From NCBI GenBank assembly GCA_036507075.1, contig DASXQR010000233.1:1-44131 (forward strand): a stretch of 44,131 nucleotides of DNA, written 5' to 3'. Below, in pieces: positions 10,263 through 19,387 of the stretch. Below the pieces are notes generated by a model. It worked only from the letters and a program-made list of their open reading frames with translations, searched no databases and was not told where the DNA came from. A program made the translations under genes and the position numbers. This DNA is from Acidobacteriota bacterium. GTDB lineage: Bacteria > Acidobacteriota > UBA6911 > JACQSX01. The first letter of the stretch is position 1; each line of letters opens with the position of its first letter.

Positions 10263-11219
10263 CTAACGGGCCAGCCAGTAGTCGATGGTTCTGTCGATTC
10301 CTTCGACCAGGTCCGTCTCTGGTTTCCACCCGGTTGCCCGGCAGAACGCGGAAGTATCAGCCACAAAGTTGCGAGTTTCGATCTCGAGCTGAGGTGTGGG
10401 AGGTTGGATGCTTTTTACCGCCGGTTGCCGGCCGGTTCGATGTTTGACGCGCGCCGCCACCAGATGAATGGCCTCGGAGATCGTGCATCCTTTGCCGCTG
10501 CCGATCACAAAATGCCTGCCTGACGTCTGCGCGATGTGGTCGGAAGCCGCCACGAAGGCGTTTGCGACGTCGTCCACATAAACATAGTCCCTTACCTGTT
10601 CGCCGGCTCCGTATACGGTCAGCTCGTCTCCGTCCAGCGCCTTCTTGATCATCTGGTTCAGAATCCCGCGATCGGCACTGCTGCTTCGCGGTCCTGGTCC
10701 GTAAATATTGGCGAGCCTTAAGATGGCGCCGCTAACGACTCGCTGCCGGGTGTAATACTTAAGGTAATGCTCTGCCATCAGCTTGTGCAGATCATACACG
10801 GTCAAAGGATCGTCCGGATGTGATTCCGACACCGGCAATTGCCTGGGAATGCCTGCAATCGTGACTGTACTGGCGAACAGCAGCGCCGGGTGCAAGTCAC
10901 GACGGCGGCACGTTTCCAGCAACCGGAGAATCGGCAATACATTGATTTCAAGGTCCGCCTGTGGATCGCGGTTCGAGACGGAAGCGCTTGTCTGGCCGGC
11001 AAAATGGAAAATTGTGCCTGCGTCCTTTAAGATCGTGTTCCAGATTGAGGAATCCGCGATATCCCCCAACGTGTCTACAACAGGAAACCGGCTTTGGACC
11101 GGCGCCAACCGGCTGCCCGGGCGGGCAAAGCGGACTATTTGCGCATCCCGCGCACCGAGCACGCGAAGCAGCGCAGATGCCAGGTACCCGGCGGCGCCAG
11201 TAATCAAAACACGTTTCAT
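10263..11219 (-). CDS. NAD-dependent epimerase/dehydratase/reductase (extended SDR)
   Basis: MKRVLITGAAGYLA, YDLHK, LRLANIYGP, RDYVYVDD; start moved to ATG 11219 because the upstream extension is translated repeat. Confidence 0.9.
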   Translation of the reverse strand: MKRVLITGAAGYLASALLRVLGARDAQIVRFARPGSRLAPVQSRFPVVDTLGDIADSSIWNTILKDAGTIFHFAGQTSASVSNRDPQADLEINVLPILRLLETCRRRDLHPALLFASTVTIAGIPRQLPVSESHPDDPLTVYDLHKLMAEHYLKYYTRQRVVSGAILRLANIYGPGPRSSSADRGILNQMIKKALDGDELTVYGAGEQVRDYVYVDDVANAFVAASDHIAQTSGRHFVIGSGKGCTISEAIHLVAARVKHRTGRQPAVKSIQPPTPQLEIETRNFVADTSAFCRATGWKPETDLVEGIDRTIDYWLAR

Positions 11220-11220
11220 C

Positions 11221-11490
11221 GGGGTTCCGGATTTTCGAGTTACGGGTTTCGGGTTACGAGTTTCCGGGTTACGAGTTTCCGAATTCAAAATTCAAAAATT
11301 GAAGAATCCAGTGCGAGCTTCGACTTGGAACCTAAGGCTGACGTATGTTTTACCCGCCCTTCATCCCTGAATTCCTGAAACGAATTTTGAATTTTCAATC
11401 TTGAATTCGCAAACCGGAAGCCATTTTGCAAACCAACCCGCAACCCAAAAACCCGCAACCTGTAACCCGCAACCCGAAAAACCCGCAACT
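11221..11490. repeat. Nested inverted tandem-repeat element (CGGGTT/AACCCG outer arms, AATTCAA/TTGAATT inner arms)
   Basis: Left 11221-11303: (cg(g/a)gtt..)n then aattcaaaattcaaaaattg; right 11382-11490: gaattttgaattttcaatcttgaattcg then (aacccg..)n; ~80-nt unique core. Confidence 0.85.
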
Positions 11491-11493
11491 TGA

Positions 11494-11982
11494 TTATTTT
11501 ATTACCGGCCCCTTCAGCCAATCGTAGCCGATCACCGGATCGTCGTAGGGGATGCGGCCCTCATCGTTCGGGTCATAGACCCCGGATGTAACGTAGAACA
11601 GGTGTACAGGGCCGCTCAGGCATTTGCAGCCGTGCGCCACCCCGGGCGGAATTTTCAGCACCTGCGAAGGCTGATTGTCTCCCATCAGGATCTCCATAGT
11701 CTTGCGAAAGGTCGGCGAATCTTCGCGCGTATCATGCAGAGCTACCCGCAGAACTCCGCTTCCGACATACCACCAGTCGATCTGCTGTTTGTGTATGTGC
11801 CATGCCTTTGCCGTGTCCTGATACATCAGCGAATGACTCCACTGACCAAAACCTTCAGCGAAGAAGTCATCGGTAACGCGAATGATTTCGCGGAAGAAAC
11901 CACGGTCGTCGGCGTGAGTTTCCAGTGTCTTCAACACTATTCCGTCAATCACGATCCCTGCTCCTGTCAATGATGATTTCAT
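11494..11982 (-). CDS. dTDP-4-dehydrorhamnose 3,5-epimerase family (RmlC-like cupin)
   Basis: [44 protein letters not shown]. Confidence 0.88.
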   Translation of the reverse strand: MKSSLTGAGIVIDGIVLKTLETHADDRGFFREIIRVTDDFFAEGFGQWSHSLMYQDTAKAWHIHKQQIDWWYVGSGVLRVALHDTREDSPTFRKTMEILMGDNQPSQVLKIPPGVAHGCKCLSGPVHLFYVTSGVYDPNDEGRIPYDDPVIGYDWLKGPVIK

Positions 11983-13073
11983 CTGAAGGCCAGCACAGCG
12001 TCGATCACTGCCTGCAGTTCTGCCGCGCTCAGTTCCGGATACATCGGCAGCGAGAGAACTTCTCGCGCCGCCCGCTCGCTCTCGGGAAGTGAATCGCTCC
12101 CCCTGAGACGCCCTCGATAGGCGGGCTGCAGGTGCACGGCCACCGGGTAATGAACAAGAGCGCCGATGCCTTTTTGCTTCAAGAATGCCTGCAGCTCATC
12201 ACGTCTCGAGCAGCGAATTACATAAAGATGATACACGTGACGGGCAAGTGGCCGTACCAAAGGAGTGGCCGCTACCGGCGTACGCAGCGCTTCGTTATAA
12301 CGCGCAGCGTGTCGGGCACGTGTTTCGTTGTCACTGTCCAGATGCCCCAGCTTCACACGCAGCACTGCGGCCTGCACCTCGTCCAGCCGGGAATTCCATC
12401 CTGGAACGGAGCTGATATATCGCTCTGCCCAGCCATATTCGCGCAGCAGTCGCACTTTTTCCGCCAGCTCCGAATCGTTTGTCACAACCATGCCGCCATC
12501 ACCAAGCGCGCCGAGGTTCTTGGTGGGATAAAAGCTGAAGCAGGCGATATCTCCCCAGGAACCGGCCCGCCTGCCGTCATACACAGCTCCATGGGCTTGA
12601 GCGCAATCCTCCACCACTCGCAAGCGGTGCCGGCGCGCGATCTTCAGAATGGCTTCCAGGTCCGCCGGCTGTCCATAGAGATGGACCGGCACGACCGCTC
12701 TGGTCCGCGAGGTGATTGCCTGTTCCAACCGGGCTGGATCCAGCGCATAAAACTGCGGTTCGATGTCGACCAGAACCGGCGAGGCGCCGGTCAACTCCAC
12801 CGCTGCAACCGTGGCGACCGCCGTATGAGAGACGGTGATGACTTCATCACCCTGCTTGATTCCACACGCGGCCAAAGCCAGGTGCAGCGCTTCGGTGCCG
12901 CTGCCGACTCCAACAGCATGGTCCACCCCGATGTAGGCGGCAAATTCCCGTTCGAACGCCCGCACTTCTTCGCCGAGGATGAACCACCCTTTTTCCAAGG
13001 TCCGTTTCAGGGCCTGGTCGATCTGTTCCTGGTAGGCGCGGTACTGGGCCTGGGGATTGCCGCACAGAATCAT
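11979..13073 (-). CDS. DegT/DnrJ/EryC1/StrS family sugar aminotransferase
   Basis: [47 protein letters not shown]. Confidence 0.93.
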   Translation of the reverse strand: MILCGNPQAQYRAYQEQIDQALKRTLEKGWFILGEEVRAFEREFAAYIGVDHAVGVGSGTEALHLALAACGIKQGDEVITVSHTAVATVAAVELTGASPVLVDIEPQFYALDPARLEQAITSRTRAVVPVHLYGQPADLEAILKIARRHRLRVVEDCAQAHGAVYDGRRAGSWGDIACFSFYPTKNLGALGDGGMVVTNDSELAEKVRLLREYGWAERYISSVPGWNSRLDEVQAAVLRVKLGHLDSDNETRARHAARYNEALRTPVAATPLVRPLARHVYHLYVIRCSRRDELQAFLKQKGIGALVHYPVAVHLQPAYRGRLRGSDSLPESERAAREVLSLPMYPELSAAELQAVIDAVLAFR

Positions 13074-14290
13074 TCAATCACCTGCACCTTGGGCACATAA
13101 ACAATCCATTTGCCGCCCCGGTTTCGAAATTCCTGTTCTTTTGCCATGATTTCCTGCGCGTGATTCCATCCGAACAGCAACGCATAATCCGGATAGCGGG
13201 CGGCGAATACTTCCCGCGGCTTGACGGGAATGTGCACTCCCGGGCTGAATTTTCCCTGCTTGATCGGTGTCGTGTCGCTGATAAATTCCACCAGTTCCGG
13301 GGTGATGCCGCAATAATTGGTGACAGTAGTGCTCTTGGAAGTGGCAGCGTAGCCGGCAACGCGCTTGCCTTTCTCCTTGAGATCCCTCAGTAATCCAGCC
13401 AGTTCATCGCGTGAGTTTTCGATGCCGGCGCGCAACCTTTCAAAGGTGTCGGCAGTTTGGAGCCCCAAGGCCCTTTCCCGTTTCCGAAGATTTTCCACCG
13501 CGGGACTGGCTGCGTGCCGTCCTGCGTGCCCGATGGCGTACCGCATTGAGCCGCCGTGCACCGGCTGTGGCGACACATCGAACACTTCCAGGCCGTGCTG
13601 CTTCATGAAATAGCTGATGGAAGACTCCGAAAAATAAAAGGCATGCTCATCGTAGATCTGGTCGTAAGCGGTCTTTTCGACGATATCGCCCAGGTATGGA
13701 TCCTCGAACAGTAGAACGCCCTGCGGCTTGAGCAGGATCTTGATGCCTGCCGCGACCGAGTGCAGATAAGGGATGTGGCAAAAGACGTTGGCGCCGAGGA
13801 AGGCGTCAGCCTGGCCATGCTCTTCGACAATGCGTCGCGCCAGTTGCTCATCAAAAAAGCTGCAAATGGTGGTGATTCCCTTGCCGATAGCGACCTGGGC
13901 AACATTTGCGGAAGGCTCGATGCCGAGGTGACGGATTTTTCGCAGCGCGAAATGCTGGAGCATGATTCCGTCGTTGCTCCCGATTTCCACCACGAAAGGA
14001 TCGGAGGAAGGAAGATAGCGGGACATCACCAGTTCCGCGAATTCGCGAAAATGGGCCGCCATGAGGGACGATGTGGAGGAAAAAAATGCGTAATTGGCAT
14101 GGAACATTTTCTCCCGATCAACCAGTTCCGCCAGTTGCACCATGGTGCAACGCTCGCAGAAGCCAACCCTCAACTCAAAAAAATATTCTCTTGCAAACTC
14201 TTCCGGCGAAAGAAATCCGTTGGCAATCGGCATTTTGCCGAAAGACATGAACGGTTCAAACGAATTCCCGCAGATCAGGCATTGGGACAT
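13070..14290 (-). CDS. NDP-sugar C-methyltransferase (TcaB9/NovU-like, Zn-binding N-terminus)
   Basis: CLIC...[69 protein letters not shown]. Confidence 0.88.
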   Translation of the reverse strand: MSQCLICGNSFEPFMSFGKMPIANGFLSPEEFAREYFFELRVGFCERCTMVQLAELVDREKMFHANYAFFSSTSSLMAAHFREFAELVMSRYLPSSDPFVVEIGSNDGIMLQHFALRKIRHLGIEPSANVAQVAIGKGITTICSFFDEQLARRIVEEHGQADAFLGANVFCHIPYLHSVAAGIKILLKPQGVLLFEDPYLGDIVEKTAYDQIYDEHAFYFSESSISYFMKQHGLEVFDVSPQPVHGGSMRYAIGHAGRHAASPAVENLRKRERALGLQTADTFERLRAGIENSRDELAGLLRDLKEKGKRVAGYAATSKSTTVTNYCGITPELVEFISDTTPIKQGKFSPGVHIPVKPREVFAARYPDYALLFGWNHAQEIMAKEQEFRNRGGKWIVYVPKVQVIE

Positions 14291-14336
14291 ACAGCATTTT
14301 CCCTTCGCGTCTTTCGCGCTTTAGCGGTCAAAAAGA

Positions 14337-14685
14337 TCACCACCAAGGCACAGCGCCGCCGTCGGCCGCAACCAAAGAAAAAGCCGAGGACGGCCACGTG
14401 CACGTGCACGTCAACGATAGACGTCAACAATAGACGTCAACGACCACATCTACGCTCACGAAGAAACATCGCAAGTTTGCCTGCTGGCTGTTTAGGTATG
14501 CCACAAGGCAACTCTTGGAACGTATCGTGTCGATGTTGACCAAAATGATTAAGCTCTAAATCTGTCAAGCAGCCTGGACATGTTCCGTGGACATTGACGT
14601 GCACGTGGTCGTAGACGATAAACGTCGACGTTGAGGTGAACGGATGTCTTCTGAAATCTTGTCAAAAAAACAAGAAGTTGCCAAC
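14337..14685 (+). mobile_element. GTnnAC-hexamer element (family C), longest copy
   Basis: Arms of degenerate gtgcac/gtcaac/gtcgac hexamers around a core; aligns over most of its length with inverted copies at 15945-16181, 25753-26025 and 41010-41258. Confidence 0.85.
14491..14559 (+). pseudogene. Probable 3' remnant of a four-helix-bundle (TIGR02436-like) gene
   Basis: Translates FRYATRQLLERIVSMLTKMIKL*; the homologous stop-containing segment is kept in two other copies; family assignment is from recalled C-terminal motif only. Confidence 0.55.
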
Positions 14686-14715
14686 TTGTTGGACAAAGGA
14701 TACAAGTACTGCTTC

Positions 14716-15894
14716 TCACGCACTGGCCACAGCCGACTTGAGTATCTCTTCGGCTCGCCGGCTCACAACCTTCTTATCCAATTCCGCAACAGCGCGCGCT
14801 CTTCCGGCCGCCGCCATCTGGAGGCGGAGCTCCGGCTGCTCTGCCAGAGTCTCGATCCGCGCTGCCAACTCGGCGCTGGAGCCGGCCTTTACCAGATAGC
14901 CGTCGATTCCATCACGCACGGCTGTAGGGTTGCCTCCCACACGAGTGGCAATCACCGGCAAACCTGAGGCCAGGGCTTCGGCGATAACCAGTGGAAAACC
15001 CTCTTCCCGAAAAGTGGAAAGCACAAAGGCGTCACTTTGTCGAAATATTTCAGCCACGTCAGTCGGGCCCAGGCCTCCGCGGAAATCGACGAGAGGGTCT
15101 ATTCCCAAGTGACGGCTCCGCCGCTGCAGTCGCTCCATTTCGGGACCGCGTCCTGCGACAGTCAATCGAAATAGATCAGGCTTCCTTTTGGCAAGTATAG
15201 CGACAGCATCCAGCAACACATCAAAACCTTTCTGACGGGACAAGGTGCCGGCTGAGATGATTCTGAAAGGATTGTTGCCGGAACGAGCAATATGCGGCGC
15301 AGCCAGGGATGATGGATGGAACAGCGCGGTATCCACCGGGGCTGGAAGGACGTCGATTTTGCTCGAGGAAATCCCGTAGAGCCGATGCAAAGAATTTCGG
15401 GTCTGCTCGGACACCGAGATCACCCGGGCTGAGCCCTGCATCAGTCTTCTTTGATCCCGATGCGACTCGCGCAGCGCATATCCGACCTCTTTCAGGCACA
15501 ACAGGACCGAACCTCGGCCTGCCGCCAGCATGCGAAGGGAACTGATCAAATCGACCAGACCGCTGCCCTGCACTATAGTGACAATCGGGTAGGAAAGACG
15601 GGTCAACGAGTGGGAGACAAACGAATTGCTGAGAACCACGTCCGGTCTTTCCGAATGACTGCGCACAAAATCAAAAAGCGCGAAGTCCCAGTCTCTCCCA
15701 CGCGCCCCCCGGGGCACGGGGAGCGGGTGAAAGCAAATTCCATCTCTCGATTCGACAAACGGCAATTGAGTGGTAAGCACCTTGATCGAATGTCCCAGTT
15801 CTGCCAGCCCTTGCAGAATCAGCTCGAAATACCGTTCCATACCGCCTGATACGCCATGCTGGGCGGTAAGGCTGGAAACGGCAAAGACTTTCAT
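14716..15894 (-). CDS. Glycosyltransferase, GT4 family
   Basis: SGGMERY, AGTLSRQKGFD, EEGFPLVIAEALASGLPVIATRVGG; SD-like caggag upstream. Confidence 0.9.
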   Translation of the reverse strand: MKVFAVSSLTAQHGVSGGMERYFELILQGLAELGHSIKVLTTQLPFVESRDGICFHPLPVPRGARGRDWDFALFDFVRSHSERPDVVLSNSFVSHSLTRLSYPIVTIVQGSGLVDLISSLRMLAAGRGSVLLCLKEVGYALRESHRDQRRLMQGSARVISVSEQTRNSLHRLYGISSSKIDVLPAPVDTALFHPSSLAAPHIARSGNNPFRIISAGTLSRQKGFDVLLDAVAILAKRKPDLFRLTVAGRGPEMERLQRRSRHLGIDPLVDFRGGLGPTDVAEIFRQSDAFVLSTFREEGFPLVIAEALASGLPVIATRVGGNPTAVRDGIDGYLVKAGSSAELAARIETLAEQPELRLQMAAAGRARAVAELDKKVVSRRAEEILKSAVASA

Positions 15895-15944
15895 TCATTC
15901 ACTCCTGAGGTGCCAGTGCTTGGTTGGGTGTAACAAAATGGAAG

Positions 15945-16181
15945 CTTCTTGTTTTTTCGACGAGATTTCAGAAGACAAGACATCCGATTACGTCAACGTC
16001 GACGTTTTGTCGTCTACGACCACGTGCACGTCAATGTCCACGGAACACGTCCAAGCTGGCAAACTTGCGATTTTTTCTTCGTGAGCGTGGACGTAGTCGT
16101 TGACGCCTATCGTTGACGTGCACGTGCACGTGGCCGTTCTCGGCTTTTTGTTTGGTTGCGGCCTATAGCCCTCTGTAGTGA
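15945..16181 (-). mobile_element. GTnnAC-hexamer element (family C), core deleted
   Basis: Inverted near-copy of 14337-14685 lacking ~90 nt of central core. Confidence 0.85.
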
Positions 16182-16287
16182 AAAAATCACTAATATCGAA
16201 TCATAGCCAATATTCCCACTTTGTTGCGATAATTTCATTGCCGTCGCCGCTGAGTCAGGATATCGGGCGGCCTTCCATCCTTTTGGA

Positions 16288-17439
16288 ATGTACAAGATCA
16301 CTCACATCAACTCATCGGCAGGGATCGGCGGAGGCGAGACACATCTCCTGCTGTTGGCCCGATACCTGCATGGCAACGGATTTCATCTTGACTTCGTGCT
16401 GCCGGAAGACGGGATCTTCTGTGATCGCCTGCATGCGGCAGGGTTGTCCCATCAGGTCGTGCCGATGACCAGTAAATTTCAACCGAATGCGCGGCGCCGT
16501 CTGCGTCAACTTCTGGAAAGAAGCTCTCCCGACCTGGTGCACTGTCACGGAGCCAGGGCCAACTGGTTTGGCAGGAGAGCCGCCCGCCAGGCCGGCGTGC
16601 ACACGGTGTTCTCTACCGTACACAACTCCCTGAAAGATTATCCGTACCCCGGTTGGCGGCGAAGATTCTACGTGATGTTGGAGAAGCGGACCGCATTTCT
16701 TGTATCACAGTGGATTGCAGTCTCTCAGAGTATCAAGTCCGACCTTGTCGAGTACTATGGCCTTCCGTCCGGAAGGATTGAAGTCATTCCCAACGGCGTG
16801 GATTTACGAGACCTTCAGCCTGCGACCCAACGTTCCGACATGCTCCGAGCGCTCAGCCTGCCGCCCGAAGTCGTCCTGATCATTGCTGCGGGCCGTATGA
16901 CCGAACAGAAAGGGCATCGCTACCTGCTGGCGGCCATCGCGCAGATCTACTCTGACTTTCCCACTCTCCACTGCGTGCTTGCCGGAGATGGTCCGCTTCG
17001 TGGAACGCTGGAAAACGAAGCGCGAAGCCTTGGTATCAGCGAGCGGGTGCATTTTGCAGGGTTTCGTTCGGATGTCCCCGACTTGCTGGCTGCCGCCGAC
17101 CTGTATGTACTTTGCTCAATCTCTGAAGGCATGCCGATTGGACTGCTGGAGGCAATGGCGCTCGGGCGTGCGGTTGTTGCTTCAGCGGTAAACGGAGTGA
17201 CCGAAGTCGTCCGCCACCAGGTCGACGGACTGCTGGTTCCTCCGGCTGATCCGGGCAGCTTGTCGCAGGCGATCCGGGAACTCCTGACCAATCTATCGCT
17301 GCGCAGACGTCTGGCCGAAGCCGGAAGAGAAAGAGTCGCACAAGACTTCACAGCCGAAAAAATGGCTCTTCGAGTGGCTGACTTATATCGTGCCCGCCTG
17401 GCCGAAACTCATTTAACCGCGTCAGCGCCTGGAATATAA
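16288..17439 (+). CDS. Glycosyltransferase, GT4 family
   Basis: IGGGETH, VIPNGVD, GRMTEQKGH, EGMPIGLLEAMALG. Confidence 0.92.
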   Translation: MYKITHINSSAGIGGGETHLLLLARYLHGNGFHLDFVLPEDGIFCDRLHAAGLSHQVVPMTSKFQPNARRRLRQLLERSSPDLVHCHGARANWFGRRAARQAGVHTVFSTVHNSLKDYPYPGWRRRFYVMLEKRTAFLVSQWIAVSQSIKSDLVEYYGLPSGRIEVIPNGVDLRDLQPATQRSDMLRALSLPPEVVLIIAAGRMTEQKGHRYLLAAIAQIYSDFPTLHCVLAGDGPLRGTLENEARSLGISERVHFAGFRSDVPDLLAAADLYVLCSISEGMPIGLLEAMALGRAVVASAVNGVTEVVRHQVDGLLVPPADPGSLSQAIRELLTNLSLRRRLAEAGRERVAQDFTAEKMALRVADLYRARLAETHLTASAPGI

Positions 17440-17473
17440 TCCCGCGTATTATTACTAATTCCAGGCAAGAACT

Positions 17474-17888
17474 TTTTCACGACAGAGGCACAGCGCAGGG
17501 GCGAGCAAGCAGCAGACCGCGAAGCGGTCAAAGAGAAGAGCCGGGGGTAAGCGCGTTTTCTGCGCGCCGCCCCCGGTCGAGCCCCCATCAGGAGCGACCC
17601 TGAAAGGGTCGAAGAGCGACGTGGTGACGGCGATCTTGAAAACGATTCTGGCACCCTTTCAGGGTGCGCTGGTTTGGGGAAGCTCACCGGGGGCGGCGCG
17701 CAAAAAAACGCGCTTGCCCCCGGCTATTCTGTTTGACGCTTTCAGCGTCCAGACCGACAATTCAATCCTTTAGACTGGTTCGCACTGGAACGTGCTCTCT
17801 TTGGTTGTGGCTCTGCCACTGCAAGCTCGTGAAGATGGACGCTTTTTTGGCTCCAGCCTGCGGCCGGGCTGTGCTTCTGTGGTGAGAA
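17474..17888. repeat. REPIN-like multi-hairpin element inside a 21-bp inverted repeat
   Basis: Outer IR 17474-17494/17868-17888 (3 mismatches); inner ~40-bp IR 17539-17577/17686-17725; small hairpins accctgaaagggt and accctttcagggt at 17595-17667. Confidence 0.85.
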
Positions 17889-17922
17889 TTCATAAGTAAG
17901 TTTGCGAGATTAAGTACTCCTG

Positions 17923-18711
17923 ATGGCGAAATACTCTCTCCAGGAAATCAGACAAAGCCATACCCAGAAGAAGCAGTTCGACAGCCAGTTTCCTTTCAGC
18001 GCCCGGGTGGTCCGGCCCCTGTCATTTTATTCTGCATGGATGCTGCTTCAACTCACCGAATCTCCCAGCCGGATTGCGTTCGCAGGCCTGGTGATCGGAA
18101 TAGCGGGATGTTTTTCCCTGACTCAAATCCCCGAGTGGACGGTCTGGCCCGCCCTGATATTGCTGCTCCTTTACGATCTGCTGGATGCTACCGACGGCAA
18201 CGTCGCCCGCGTGACAGGAAATGTAAGCTATTACGGAAAATTCCTGGATGGCGCGATCGGTAATCTCATCGAAGGCACCTACGCGCTATGGATGGGCGTG
18301 GGAATGTACAGGCTGTATCAACATCAGGCATGGATTGGCTGGCCGGGACCTGCGGGATATGCTTTAGTGGTGCTGGTCGCCGGAGCGACCATCACTTGGA
18401 CCACAATGTACAGCAGTCTGGTAAGGGACGCCTACTACGGTCATTATGAAACAATGCAGAGAATCGCCGCTCCCGGGCAGAAGAAGGATGCTCTGCGGCA
18501 GGAGATCGAAACATCCACATTCAGCCGATCACCATGGTATCTGCTGCATCTCAACGCCAGCTCCTTTGACATTCAGTTGCTTGTTCTTCTGATTTGCTCG
18601 GTGGCACGGCGCGTGGATGTGTTCCTGCTCGGCTACGCGGCGTACTTTGTGCTCCAGGCTTTCGCCTATCTGGCCTTTTACATCCGTCGCGCGCAGCGAA
18701 ACCTGATTTGA
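17923..18711 (+). CDS. CDP-alcohol phosphatidyltransferase family membrane protein
   Basis: DATDGNVAR...SYYGKFLD signature and TM helices; fourth signature Asp replaced by Gly. Confidence 0.8.
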   Translation: MAKYSLQEIRQSHTQKKQFDSQFPFSARVVRPLSFYSAWMLLQLTESPSRIAFAGLVIGIAGCFSLTQIPEWTVWPALILLLLYDLLDATDGNVARVTGNVSYYGKFLDGAIGNLIEGTYALWMGVGMYRLYQHQAWIGWPGPAGYALVVLVAGATITWTTMYSSLVRDAYYGHYETMQRIAAPGQKKDALRQEIETSTFSRSPWYLLHLNASSFDIQLLVLLICSVARRVDVFLLGYAAYFVLQAFAYLAFYIRRAQRNLI

Positions 18712-18712
18712 T

Positions 18713-19387
18713 ATGAATGCAGTCGCGCAATGGATTCGTGACATCACTTCCCGCTTTGATGAGAGTTGTGGCACCGGGGTCAAGCCGCTGCTCGGCAATT
18801 GTTACCGGCGATTGCGAAGCGGCTGGTCGCGGGTTCGCAGAAGATTGGATCCTCTGAGAATCAAGCTTCGTTACCTGCTTGGCAAGCCCGCACCGGTAAA
18901 ACTGCACCTGGGATGCGGCCCGAAACACTTCGAAGGCTACGTCAATGTGGATCTGTGGATCACCGACGCGACCGACGTCGTTTGTAATATTCAGAAGCTT
19001 CCCTGGCCGGACAGTGCGGCCAGCGTCATTGAATCTCATCACATGATCGAGCATATCTCTCACCGTGCCATTGAGGAGACTTTCCGAGAGTGGCATCGCG
19101 TACTCGTTCCCGGTGGTCTGCTGATACTGGAGACGCCTCATTTTGATGAGGCGGTCCGCCGGTACCTTGCGGGCGACGAAGAGAGGCTCTTAAGCATTTT
19201 TGGCAGGCAGCGGCGAACAGGAGACACGCACTTTTACGGATACAATCCATCCCGTCTGGAAAGTCTACTGAGCAGGATAGGCTTTCGTGATTTTGAACAA
19301 ACGAAGCCCCAAAGCCATCAATCGCTCGAAGAACCTGTGTTTCGTCTGGAGTGCAGGAAGGCAGCGCTCCCGGGGAAAGCTCACTGA
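18713..19387 (+). CDS. Class I SAM-dependent methyltransferase
   Basis: KLHLGCG, YVNVD, HMIEHI, EWHRVLVPGG. Confidence 0.85.
   Translation: MNAVAQWIRDITSRFDESCGTGVKPLLGNCYRRLRSGWSRVRRRLDPLRIKLRYLLGKPAPVKLHLGCGPKHFEGYVNVDLWITDATDVVCNIQKLPWPDSAASVIESHHMIEHISHRAIEETFREWHRVLVPGGLLILETPHFDEAVRRYLAGDEERLLSIFGRQRRTGDTHFYGYNPSRLESLLSRIGFRDFEQTKPQSHQSLEEPVFRLECRKAALPGKAH

Noticed and set aside
11300..11380. Possible gene remnants in the cores of the 11221-11490 and 21539-21708 elements
   Set aside because: Translations give no motif I can recognise with confidence, unlike the family C core.
8362..13100. Long antisense ORFs (8362-9309, 12132-13100; also 24910-25797, 34977-35897, 36242-37039, 43118-43957)
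   Set aside because: Shadow frames opposite well-supported genes in GC-rich DNA, with no recognisable motifs.
14337..14685. Classical IS or MITE with target-site duplication
   Set aside because: No transposase ORF and no convincing flanking direct repeats; reported only as a dispersed element of unknown mechanism.
17649..17667. TGGCAC as a sigma-54 -24 box
   Set aside because: No TTGC at the -12 position, and the sequence is part of the gcaccctttcagggtgc REP hairpin.
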